A DNA stretch of 64,000 nucleotides from a virus (taxonomy: Duplodnaviria > Caudoviricetes): positions 1 to 64,000 of IMG/VR virus record IMGVR_UViG_2597490183_000004. One strand, given 5' to 3'. The translations under genes were made by a program, and so were the position numbers. Below the pieces are notes generated by a model, which did not search any database, was not told the DNA's origin, and worked only from the letters and a program-made list of their open reading frames with translations. Position 1 is the first letter of the stretch; every line of letters starts with the position of its first letter. Below are positions 55,701 to 64,000 of the stretch, piece after piece.

Positions 55701-58569
55701 CCAGTTCTCGACGCTGCTGACTCAGCTCGCCGTCATGGTGATCACCGGGATTGTCGTTCCGGCGATGACGAAGTTCATCGAGCACATGACCGCACTGCGG
55801 GAGAAGCTGCGCCCTGCCGTCGACGCAATCAAGTGGGTCACGGAGAAGATCGCGGGGGCCTTCGAGTGGCTCTACGACTTCCTCCTCGGCCACTCCGTCA
55901 TCCCCGACATCGTCAACGGGGCGATCAGGTGGTTCACGGACCTGCGCAACGGGGCCATCCGGATCTTCAACTGGCTCCGCGAGAAGGTCGCCGGGGTCTG
56001 GTCCGGGCTGTGGAACAACATCAAGACCACCGCTTCCGACGCCTGGGGCAGCGTCCGCCGCGGCTTCGACAACTTCGCCGAGAAGCTGTCTGGGGCGTTC
56101 AACACCCTGAAGAAGGGCCTCGGGAAGATCTGGGATGGGCTGAAGGAGCTCGTCAAGAACCCCATCAAGTTCTGGATCGACGTCGTCTACAACAAGGGCA
56201 TCGTCTCCGTCTGGAACAAGACCGCGGCGAAGATCCCCGGCGTCCCCGACCTCAAGCCCATGGGCCTCCCCAAGGGCTTCGCGCGCGGCGGGATCCTCCC
56301 CGGGCAGTCCTCCTGGCGGCAGGGTGACGACCAGCTTGTACCGATGCGCCGCGGCGAGGGCGTGTACGTCTCCGAGGCGATGCGCGACCCCTACGAGCGG
56401 GCCCGGCTCCACGCCGTCAACCAGGCGGCCATGCGCGGTCAATCCCTGCGAGCCTTCCGCGGGTTCGCAGAGGGCGGCATCTTCGACGGCATTACCAACG
56501 CCGTCGGCAGCGTCCTCTCCAAGGGCGCCGACGTCGCCCGCGGCGGCCTCGCCGACCTCGCCGAGTCCGCGTTCTCCCCGGTCAAGAAGGGCATCACCAA
56601 GGCCCTCGGGAAGAACAAGAGCACCTGGCCCGGCATGATCGGACAGGCCCCGATCGGGCTCATCAACAAGGCCATCGACTACATCCGCGGCAAGGACATC
56701 GTCGAAGGCACCGGCCAGTGGCTCAAGCCCGTCTCCGCCCCCTACGGCACCCCGTTCGGGAAGCCGGGGCTGATGTGGTCCAGTGGCCGACACACCGGGT
56801 TGGACTTTCCGGCGAAGACCGGTACGCCGATCCGGGCGGTCGACTCAGGGGTCGTCCGGCAGGCCGTCGACTCGGGGCCCTACGGCAAGCACATCGAGAT
56901 CAACCACGGCAGCGGTCTGTCGTCCCTCTACGCCCACATGTCCGCCATGCTCGCCAAAGCCTCCGACACCGTGAAGCGCGGCCAGCAGATCGGACGGGTC
57001 GGCGCCACCGGCAACACCACCGGCCCCCACCTCCACCTCGAAGCCCGCATCAACGGCAAGACCGTCGACCCCATGCGCTACCTCGAAGGCGGAGGTGACG
57101 GTGGCAGCGGCGGTTCCGGGGTGGAGCGGTTCCGTGGCGTCGTCACCCAGGCGCTGGGGCAGGTCGGTCAGTCCCTGTCGCTGGTGAACACGACGCTGCG
57201 CCGCATGAACCAGGAGTCGGGCGGCAACCCCAAGGCGGTCAACCGCAACGACATCAACTGGATCAACGGCACCCCATCCGTCGGTCTGATGCAGGTCATC
57301 CGCCCCACGTTCGACGCCTACGCCGGGAAGTACCGCAAGACCGGGCCCAAGCTGTACGGGGTCTCGATCGACCCGATGGCGAACATCTACGCCTCCATGC
57401 GCTACGCCCTGTCCCGTTACGGCAGCCTGTCGTCCGCCTACAACAGGCCCGGTGGTTACGCCCTCGGCGGCATCGTCGGCGGCGGGGTACAGATCAGCAC
57501 CGGGTTCCGGCGGGGCTCCGGCTATGCCACGGGCGGCGTCATCCGGGTCGGCGGGAAGAGCATCGACACCGGGCCCATCGCGGCGTCGGTCGGCGCGAAC
57601 TTCCTCAAGGCCCTGGCCGGTACGGCGTCCGCGATCGACAAGGCCATGACCCAGGTCGCCACCGCCGTGAAAAACGCGTTCAAGGGCGTGAAGACCACCC
57701 TCGACGACAAGCTGGTCCGGCAGCTCACCACCCAGAACAAGGCACTCCAGACCCTGGCGAAGCAACGCGACACCATCGCCGCAAAGATCAGCCAAGCCAA
57801 GGCATTCGCCGCCGAGACGACTACCAACGCGGCCAACTTCGCATCCCTGACCAGCCTCCCGAACAGCGGTCTGCCGTTCGGCGCGGACGGCATCCTCAAC
57901 GGTCTGCAGGTGCGCCTCGGTCAGCTCAACGCGTTCTCGAAGAACCTGGAAATCCTGGGCAAGCGCGGCCTGTCCAAGGCCCTGATCGGGCAGATTATCG
58001 CCGCCGGCCCCGACCAGGGCGCCCCGTATGCCGCGGCGTTGGTGAAGGCGACCGACGCCCAACTGAAATCGATCAACGCAACCCAGGTCCAGATCGGGAA
58101 GGCCACGTCGGCTTACGGCAACGCCGCTGCGGACGCCATGTACGACGCCGGATCCATGGCGGGGAAGGGTTTCCTGACGGGGCTGGTGGCGCAAGAGAAG
58201 GCGATCGTGAAGGCGATGGCCGACCTGGCGAAGAAGATCCAGAAGACCATCAAGGTCGAACTGAAGATCAAGTCTCCTTCGCAGGTCCTCGCCGGCCTCG
58301 GCCGGTTCACCGGTCTCGGGTTCGTCCGCGGGGTCCGCGACACCATCCCGCAGGCCGCCGCTGCGGCAGCATCCATGGCCCGCGTCGTTCGGTCGACCGC
58401 CGCAGCCACCGTCGCCCGCACCGAGGTCAGCACGGTCAACAACACCAGTGGCGACCGGGTCCTGAACTACAACGCCCGGGTCACCGAGGTCGCCTCGAAG
58501 CGCAGCATCCTCGATGCCCTGGCGCAGGACGACATGCTCCACCGTCCGGTCATGAGCGGAGCCAACTGA
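52705..58569 (+). CDS. tape measure protein with M23 peptidase and lytic transglycosylase domains
   Basis: 1954 aa, helical repeats; HTGLD...HLH (M23); QESGGNP...GLMQV (SLT). Confidence 0.93.
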   Translation: MAEPTLVGSTRVSLIPDTSSFGDRLRIELPSAIRQPAKLAGEVAGDQILDGIRRKLAAATPTVRVGVDLLTTVAEAKLTKLTKTRTVKITAELDDKAATTALTRLTRDRTVKVRAELDDTAARAGLGRLTDQRTVKVTAQLDDTAAKAALGKLNADRTVKITAQVDDTAAKAKLAGFGQTTVDIVAKINDAAYKRVEKALAKLTADRFVQIRATLDTRVAANELRGLTQRQRVRIGVDVDTRVAADDIANLTRRRTARITARADTASAATALTTLTRDRVTNVRVRTVGLSALTGSLASLGSASGSGGGLGRLSGGIGSLAAAAVLALPQIASLGSAVAQLGPLAAVAAPGVLTLATAFGAIKLGTSGVGDAIKAAFSPAPAEAKAAVTATRQVETAQRSLANAQRGVADAERNLSQAQRTARQAQQELSAARRQAARDLEDMNQRLRQGALDQKQAALDIEQAELDLAKTRSDPTATQLQIQQANLSLERARAAAEEQSRQQKRLQVDTAAANKAGVAGSDAVVQAQERIRSANEQVADQQRGLVDAHRAVADATRAVADAQQNAATQTTKLDDAISKLSPNARGFVNTLQAMAPAWRAMKLDVQDALFAGLGSRLQAVGGRILPTVRAGFVGAAGELSDMAKNALTAVATLERTGQLKGTFDVIRNGLGNLNRIPGQVLTGLSQLTIAAGPAWDRITAGAGEAMDRVMGKLAKGLENGKLEEAINTALDIAVQFGGVLADLGGIIRNVFGAAADGGGDFFAIIGSALAEIRRVTALPEVQDSLKAIFSAVQAVAGLLAGALGDAIQAVLPVLAALAPSVTQVAKLLGPAVSDLFATLGEALLPVAEALGPVLVVAAQAVIALVKAVSPLLPVLGKLIGDLLPLVTPIFDMLVTVFNALAPVIAQIAAQLGPILTPIIEGLAAVISELAQQFAAQFLNLLQQLLPVLPMLIPAFIQLGQAIGQILFALAPLLPQLLLLSTMFIVELLPALLPLLPPVIQFSTLLTQLAVMVITGIVVPAMTKFIEHMTALREKLRPAVDAIKWVTEKIAGAFEWLYDFLLGHSVIPDIVNGAIRWFTDLRNGAIRIFNWLREKVAGVWSGLWNNIKTTASDAWGSVRRGFDNFAEKLSGAFNTLKKGLGKIWDGLKELVKNPIKFWIDVVYNKGIVSVWNKTAAKIPGVPDLKPMGLPKGFARGGILPGQSSWRQGDDQLVPMRRGEGVYVSEAMRDPYERARLHAVNQAAMRGQSLRAFRGFAEGGIFDGITNAVGSVLSKGADVARGGLADLAESAFSPVKKGITKALGKNKSTWPGMIGQAPIGLINKAIDYIRGKDIVEGTGQWLKPVSAPYGTPFGKPGLMWSSGRHTGLDFPAKTGTPIRAVDSGVVRQAVDSGPYGKHIEINHGSGLSSLYAHMSAMLAKASDTVKRGQQIGRVGATGNTTGPHLHLEARINGKTVDPMRYLEGGGDGGSGGSGVERFRGVVTQALGQVGQSLSLVNTTLRRMNQESGGNPKAVNRNDINWINGTPSVGLMQVIRPTFDAYAGKYRKTGPKLYGVSIDPMANIYASMRYALSRYGSLSSAYNRPGGYALGGIVGGGVQISTGFRRGSGYATGGVIRVGGKSIDTGPIAASVGANFLKALAGTASAIDKAMTQVATAVKNAFKGVKTTLDDKLVRQLTTQNKALQTLAKQRDTIAAKISQAKAFAAETTTNAANFASLTSLPNSGLPFGADGILNGLQVRLGQLNAFSKNLEILGKRGLSKALIGQIIAAGPDQGAPYAAALVKATDAQLKSINATQVQIGKATSAYGNAAADAMYDAGSMAGKGFLTGLVAQEKAIVKAMADLAKKIQKTIKVELKIKSPSQVLAGLGRFTGLGFVRGVRDTIPQAAAAAASMARVVRSTAAATVARTEVSTVNNTSGDRVLNYNARVTEVASKRSILDALAQDDMLHRPVMSGAN

Positions 58570-59510
58570 TGCCGATCCTGGTCGCCTCATCGATCCCGCC
58601 CGAGGAGCAGCAGCCGCCGTGGGAGTGGCCGCAGCGCGTCGTCGAGATGCCCCTGGTGTCCTTCACCGACCCCGGCGGTGCAACAACGCTCCTCACGGAC
58701 TGGGAACGCGGCTGGGTCGTCCAGCCCGGCATCAAGGGCCTCGACATGCCTGACTACGCCATGGCCACGGACGAGTCACCCGGCATCGACGGCTACGAAG
58801 TACGCCAAGTCCGCGCCCAGGGCAAAACGATCAGCATCCCGATCGCGTTCTGGGCCAACGACAGCAGAGCCGCCTACCTGGCCCGCCGGCGCACGTTCAT
58901 TCGTGCCCTCAATCCGAAGCGCGGGCAGGGAACCCTGACCCTCACCCAGCCCGACGGGGACGTCCGCAGTATCGGGGTCCGCTACCAGGACGGCATGGAA
59001 GGCGACGAGTCCCTAGACGCCGCGGGACGGCGATGGTGCATCGGCGTGGTCACCTTCGCTGCCCCGTCTCCGTATTGGACTGGGGGAGAGGTCACCACCG
59101 AGTGGAAGAACAGCGCGGGCGGGGACTTCTTCCCGTTCCTCCCACTCGTGGTGGGCGACTCGCAGGTCCTCGGCTCGGTGACCGTCGAAAACGACGGCGA
59201 CGACGACGCCTTCCCCGTGTGGACCATCAAGGGCCCAGCCACGTCGGTCACCCTCACCAACACCACGACCGGGCAGACCCTCGTCCTCACCCGCACGATC
59301 ACCGGCGCGGACACGATCGTCATCGACAGCAGGGAACGCCGCCAGACCGCGCTCCTCAACGGGGTCACGAACCTGTGGCCGAACCTGTCCAACGCCTCGG
59401 CTCTGTGGCCTCTGGAGACCGGTGTCAACAAGCTCACCCTCACCGTGGCCGGCTCCACGTCCGCCACCTCTGTCCGCATGACGTACCAGCCCCGCTACCT
59501 GGCCGCCTGA
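58569..59510 (+). CDS. distal tail (Dit) protein
   Basis: Follows the tape measure; FAAPSPYW, VENDGDDDAFPVWTIKGP. Confidence 0.85.
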   Translation: MPILVASSIPPEEQQPPWEWPQRVVEMPLVSFTDPGGATTLLTDWERGWVVQPGIKGLDMPDYAMATDESPGIDGYEVRQVRAQGKTISIPIAFWANDSRAAYLARRRTFIRALNPKRGQGTLTLTQPDGDVRSIGVRYQDGMEGDESLDAAGRRWCIGVVTFAAPSPYWTGGEVTTEWKNSAGGDFFPFLPLVVGDSQVLGSVTVENDGDDDAFPVWTIKGPATSVTLTNTTTGQTLVLTRTITGADTIVIDSRERRQTALLNGVTNLWPNLSNASALWPLETGVNKLTLTVAGSTSATSVRMTYQPRYLAA

Positions 59511-59523
59511 GAGGAGGACCACC

Positions 59524-60696
59524 GTGCCTAGCACCGCACTTCGCGTCTACGTCCGTAACTCTGCCCTGGAGCGCATCGGGCAGATCGACGACTACACCAG
59601 CCTCACCGTCATTCCCCGCTACAACGCCATCGGGTCCTTCGTCCTGGAGATCTCCGCCGACTCCGGCAAGGCCAACCTGCTGGCGGAGGGTAACGGGCTC
59701 ATCATCCGAACCGCGGACGGCACCCTGGTCGACTCAGGGCCGATCCGCACCGTCGACTGGTCCCGCTCCAAGGATGACTCCGGCGAGGGAAAGCTGACCG
59801 TCGGTGGGGTGTCCGACACGGAGGTGCTGGCCCGCTATACCTGCTGGCCTGCCCCCGGCAACGCCATCGGGTCCCAGGCCGATACCGTCTACAAGGTCAG
59901 CGCCGTGGTGGCTGAGACGGCCATGCGCACGCTCGTCAACCTGAATGCCGGGCCCGGCGCCCTGGCCGCCCGCAAGAACCCGCTCCTCACTCTCGCAACC
60001 AACGGCAACCGTGGGCCGACGATCACCCGGCAGCTCAACCAGTTCGACGGCCTCCTCGCCGTCCTCACCGACATTGCGAACGCCGCCGGGCTCGGGTTCC
60101 GCGTTGTCCAGGTTGGGTCCGGGTTGCAGTTCCAGGTGTACGAACCCACCGACCGGTCTGGCACCGCCCGGTTCGCGTTCCGGCTGGGAAACCTCACCGA
60201 CGCCAACTACTCGACGACACCACCCACCTGCACCCGCGCCGTGGTGGTCGCCGGCGGCCAGACCTCACCCCGCCAGTGCAAAACCTACGACCGAGCCGAC
60301 CCACTGTTCCCTGGGCTCACCATCGAGCAGTTCGTCGACCTCACCTCCGTGGACACCGCATCCGTCGACCTCGTGGCACAGATGGACCAGGCCGCCGAAG
60401 AAGCCCTCACCTCGGGTGCCGGGCAAGGGTCGTTGGCCATCAGCCCGATCGACATCCCGCACCTCCAGTACGGGCGGGACTACCAGGTCGGGGACACCGT
60501 GTCCGCGATGGTCCGCGACTCGTGGATGACCGACGTGGTCCGCGAAGTCACCCTCACCTGCACTGCCGGAGAAGGCACCACGGTGAAGGCCGCCGTCGGC
60601 TCCAGCAGCGGCGACGGCACGGTCGCCCGCATCTACAAGTTCCTCGCCCAGGTCAAGAAGGACGTCGGGCGCCTCAAGACCAGGAGGTCCGCCTGA
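59524..60696 (+). CDS. siphovirus baseplate hub/minor tail (ReqiPepy6 Gp37-like)
   Basis: RYNAIGSFVLEI...YGRDYQVGDTV. Confidence 0.8.
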   Translation: MPSTALRVYVRNSALERIGQIDDYTSLTVIPRYNAIGSFVLEISADSGKANLLAEGNGLIIRTADGTLVDSGPIRTVDWSRSKDDSGEGKLTVGGVSDTEVLARYTCWPAPGNAIGSQADTVYKVSAVVAETAMRTLVNLNAGPGALAARKNPLLTLATNGNRGPTITRQLNQFDGLLAVLTDIANAAGLGFRVVQVGSGLQFQVYEPTDRSGTARFAFRLGNLTDANYSTTPPTCTRAVVVAGGQTSPRQCKTYDRADPLFPGLTIEQFVDLTSVDTASVDLVAQMDQAAEEALTSGAGQGSLAISPIDIPHLQYGRDYQVGDTVSAMVRDSWMTDVVREVTLTCTAGEGTTVKAAVGSSSGDGTVARIYKFLAQVKKDVGRLKTRRSA

Positions 60697-61700
60697 TGGC
60701 CGAGTTCAGTGCGCCGTTCGATGACGCTCCGATCGCAACGCAGTCCCAGTGGTCCCGCATGGCACGGCGATGGGGCCTCGACGGGGTGCACGCCTCCGAC
60801 CCTGCCAGCACAGCATTGAAGATCACCGGGAACGGTACCGGGAACGTCGTCCTCCAGCCAGGGGAGGCGTTCGTCAACGGGTTCTACTACCTCAACGACG
60901 CCGTGAAGAACATTGCGGTGACGGCCAACGCTGGATCCACCACGCGCGTCGACACCGTGATCCTCCGTGCCTCTATGAGCGCCAAGTCGGTTGTTGCCGT
61001 CTACAAAACCGGGGGCAGCACCGCCCCGACCCTCACCTCGGACGAGAACGGCATCTACGAAATCCCGCTCGCCCAGTGCACCGTCGCCGCAGGGTCCTCC
61101 GTCGTCACCGCCGTCAACGTTCTCGACCGCCGCTGGTTCACCGACCGCGGTGTCATGCCCAGCATCCCGGGGGCACGCCGGCCCAGCATTCGCGGGCAGC
61201 TCCTCGTCGAGGGCACCACCCTGTACGTCGGCGACGGGGCCACGTGGCTGTGGCTCGGGTCCGCGGGCCAGGACGACACCACGTACACCCCGGCGTGGAC
61301 CGCAGGGTCCACCACCATCAGCTGGGGTGCCGGGTCACAGAATGTCGGCCGTTTCCAGGTGCGTGGGAAGCGCGTCGACGTGACGATCCAGCTGGCACCA
61401 ACGGGGAACCCGGGGAACATCAACTCGCCGCTGATGGTGACGCTCCCGCCCGGGTACCCGGCGACCCCCGCCATGCGGTCGGTCTTCACCTGGACGTACA
61501 CGTCAACAAACTCACAAGGATCCGGGCTCGGCTCCGGAATTGTGTTCCCGGACCAGTCGGCCACAAAGATCGGCGCCCTGCGGTACGCGCTGCCTAGCGG
61601 GTCCGCGTCGTCCACCACCCACACGATCACCAACGGCATCCCGTGGGACATCCAGGACGGCTCCATCCTCACCATCGACGGCTCCTACTGGCTCGCCTGA
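60696..61700 (+). CDS. minor tail/baseplate upper protein
   Basis: VLQPGEAFVNG...RVDTVIL...YEIPLAQ. Confidence 0.75.
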   Translation: MAEFSAPFDDAPIATQSQWSRMARRWGLDGVHASDPASTALKITGNGTGNVVLQPGEAFVNGFYYLNDAVKNIAVTANAGSTTRVDTVILRASMSAKSVVAVYKTGGSTAPTLTSDENGIYEIPLAQCTVAAGSSVVTAVNVLDRRWFTDRGVMPSIPGARRPSIRGQLLVEGTTLYVGDGATWLWLGSAGQDDTTYTPAWTAGSTTISWGAGSQNVGRFQVRGKRVDVTIQLAPTGNPGNINSPLMVTLPPGYPATPAMRSVFTWTYTSTNSQGSGLGSGIVFPDQSATKIGALRYALPSGSASSTTHTITNGIPWDIQDGSILTIDGSYWLA

Positions 61701-61719
61701 CCCCCGAAAGGACACCACC

Positions 61720-63495
61720 ATGCGGCACCTCTTCGGGGGCACCACCTCGGACTACGCCATGCAGCAGGTCGGCAACCAGCTCCTGCTCCGCCCCGGAGCG
61801 ACCGGCCAGGTATGGAACGCGATCGTCGGCGGCACGCAGCTCACTGACCTGACCGACACAGCCGGGGTTCCGATCACCAGCGTGATCGCCGCCTCCGACG
61901 GGGCGGTGGCCTTCTACGGCCCGGAGGATGTCACCGAGTGCTTCATAGACTTTGGGTTCGGTCGCCGGTACACCCTCATCGCCTCCGACATCGCGAGCAC
62001 CGTCTCCGCACGCCTCGACGGGCTGGTAGCGGCGGCTGCCGACGATGCGACAACGAAGGCCAACAACGCCCAGGCCGGGGCTGTTTCGACAGCGGCAACC
62101 TCCGCCGCGGCGCTGTACCTTCCGAACGCCATCACCACCGTGGACAGCATCATCACCCCTGCGACTCCGGCGGCACCTGTGTACTTCGCACACCGTGGTG
62201 GGGGCATGGTCCGCCCCGAGCACACGTTGGTCGGCTACCGGGCGTCGGCTGCGATGCGGTACCCGTTGGAAATCTCCGTCAATGTCGACGCCAGCGGTGA
62301 GTTGTGGTGCCTGCACGACGCGACCGTGGATCGGACGACGAACCGGACGGGGCTGCTGAGCTCGTACACGACGGAGGAGGTTGCCCAGCAGATCCAGACG
62401 AACAACCGTGGTCTGCTTGGTGCCGGTTGGGCGGAGCAGCGGCTGGTGCCGTTGCGGCAGGTGCTGGATGAGTTCCTGGGCAAGGTGCCGATCTTGCTGG
62501 AGCCGAAGGCGAATGACGCGGTGGTGCCGACGCAGCAGTTGCTGGACGCCTCGTACCCGCACGCTCCGCGCAGCGTGATCTGGAAGGCGCACATCGGGAC
62601 GCTCAGCTTGCCCTGGGCGAAATCGAGGGGGTACCGGACGTGGGTGTACCTGGACTCGGGCACCAGTGACGCCACGATGGATGGCAAGGACGCCAACGTT
62701 GACTACTGGGGTGTGAACACGACGTTCACGGACACCCGGATCTCCCAGGTGGTGGCCCGGGGGAAGCCGGTCTTCGCGTGGGCGGTGTACAGGCGCTCCC
62801 AGGTCGCACGGCTCACCGGCCTGGGTGTCGTCGGCATGATGTCGTCCGACCCGCGGTACGTGTCGACGTCGGCCCCTCAGCGGACCGCGTCCCGCTGGGA
62901 TCTTCAGATCAAGGAGCCGGGGTGCACGCCCACGATCGACTACGACGAGACCTACGCTCTCCAGTTCGCCCCGTCACCGGACGTCGGCTGGGTGAGTGTG
63001 CCAGCTGTGCCGTTCCAGTCGGTGGGGTTGGGCACGTACTGCCCGATCGCGGTGGGGGCGGGCGGGTACCGGATCAGCTTTGACATGAAGTTCAAGGTGC
63101 TGCCAGCGTCCACGTTGCACGGTGGCATCTATTTCGGGAAGCAGAGCGACGACCCGTACCGGTTCAGCCAGTCGAACGCGACGGGCGGCTATCACCTGGT
63201 GATGCGGGCGAACGGGCAGATGCAGCTCAACAAGCACACAGCTGGGGTGACGTCGGGGACGACGATGGGTTCGGTGATCGCGACGACGGCCCCGGTGGCG
63301 GATGCGGCGATGAGTTTCCAGGTGGATGTGACGCCGACGACGGTGGAGGTTCGGCGGACGGACGGTACGGGGTGGACGACGGGTGCTCTGGCGGACACGA
63401 CGTACCGGGGAGGCTATTTCGGCCTGTCGAACGGGTCGATCACGGATGTGGCGACGCGGCCGTACTGGCGGAACCTGGTGGTGACCCAGTTGTGA
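61720..63495 (+). CDS. tail spike/receptor-binding protein with glycerophosphodiester phosphodiesterase domain and C-terminal beta-sandwich
   Basis: AHRGG...PEHTL, LHDATVDRTT, LEPK, MMSSDP. Confidence 0.85.
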   Translation: MRHLFGGTTSDYAMQQVGNQLLLRPGATGQVWNAIVGGTQLTDLTDTAGVPITSVIAASDGAVAFYGPEDVTECFIDFGFGRRYTLIASDIASTVSARLDGLVAAAADDATTKANNAQAGAVSTAATSAAALYLPNAITTVDSIITPATPAAPVYFAHRGGGMVRPEHTLVGYRASAAMRYPLEISVNVDASGELWCLHDATVDRTTNRTGLLSSYTTEEVAQQIQTNNRGLLGAGWAEQRLVPLRQVLDEFLGKVPILLEPKANDAVVPTQQLLDASYPHAPRSVIWKAHIGTLSLPWAKSRGYRTWVYLDSGTSDATMDGKDANVDYWGVNTTFTDTRISQVVARGKPVFAWAVYRRSQVARLTGLGVVGMMSSDPRYVSTSAPQRTASRWDLQIKEPGCTPTIDYDETYALQFAPSPDVGWVSVPAVPFQSVGLGTYCPIAVGAGGYRISFDMKFKVLPASTLHGGIYFGKQSDDPYRFSQSNATGGYHLVMRANGQMQLNKHTAGVTSGTTMGSVIATTAPVADAAMSFQVDVTPTTVEVRRTDGTGWTTGALADTTYRGGYFGLSNGSITDVATRPYWRNLVVTQL

Positions 63496-63752
63496 TGCCG
63501 GGCGCGGTGGCTGGGATGGTTCCGGCGTTTCCCGGGCTGCGGGCGGACGTGACGGCGCCGCCGGGCTCGGACACGGCGGCGGTGCCGGGTGGGGGAGTGG
63601 TGGTGGGCTGGGTACTGGTCGCCGACGAGCAGGCGGTGGGTGGCGCCCGGGTCGATCCGGTGTTCCTCGCAGCCGGCCAAGCGTGGACACCGGACCAGCT
63701 CCGGCAGGAGCACGGGCAGCACCTGGGCGTGACGGTGGGATGGGTCGGCTAG
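63495..63752 (+). CDS. hypothetical protein
   Basis: TGATG coupling to the tail spike gene. Confidence 0.55.
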   Translation: MPGAVAGMVPAFPGLRADVTAPPGSDTAAVPGGGVVVGWVLVADEQAVGGARVDPVFLAAGQAWTPDQLRQEHGQHLGVTVGWVG

Positions 63753-64000
63753 TCAGCGTCGGGAGCTGCGCCCGCTGTACCAAGGGAGGGCGAGTCCGTC
63801 GCTCTCGGCACGGGGCGACACAGACCATAGCTTTCTCGTTTTGATAATAGACTGTGTTGCATGGATGAGAACTGTCCCGCTTGCGGGCAACCCCGGATTC
63901 GTCGACATGGTCGAGCTCTTCTCACCTGCGGCGACACCGCGTGTGGGTACAAACTGCGAGCCCAGAGGCTACGAGGCCGGGTCTACGGAAACCGAGGGGG

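Larger units (their letters stand above)
1182..64000. mobile_element. temperate siphovirus-like prophage (right end outside window)
   Basis: att fragment, integrase, immunity switch, replication, packaging, head and tail modules in contiguous phage-like order. Confidence 0.93.

Noticed and set aside
55057-58590. Long minus-strand ORFs (578 and 581 aa)
   Set aside because: Antisense to the tape measure gene
61720-64000. Diversity-generating retroelement or invertible tail-fibre cassette
   Set aside because: No reverse transcriptase, TR/VR pair or invertase seen

Overview
High-GC actinomycete DNA, most likely Streptomyces, inferred from gene content and codon use. After about 1.2 kb of host sequence, the window is one large temperate siphovirus-like prophage. 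It is integrated at the 3' end of an acyl-CoA dehydrogenase gene; the displaced 3' fragment lies at 1182-1267, and the right boundary and lysis genes are not in the window. Order: tyrosine integrase, repressor/Cro switch, early genes (DnaN-like protein, YqaJ/RecT, antirepressor, WhiB, orphan C5 methyltransferase, Rep with internal iterons, DnaC-like loader, DnaB). Next comes a moron region (SOS-boxed gene, HicAB-like pair, TM effector-like protein, proteasome-beta/Ntn-like protein, structured RNA leader). It is followed by a Streptomyces plasmid/AICE-type transfer module: a GntR Kor repressor with three perfect operators, Spd-like membrane proteins, a TraB/FtsK translocase and an 11-bp-phased clt-like repeat array. 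After a mini-gene array come an inverted MuF-terS-terL-portal block and the head and tail genes (TAC -1 frameshift, tape measure with M23 and SLT domains, GDPD tail spike). The best candidate for an unusual system is a tailed phage that also carries an apparently intact TraB/clt/Spd/Kor hyphal conjugation module with no integrase or Rep of its own. All family calls are from motif recognition by eye; no database searches were run.
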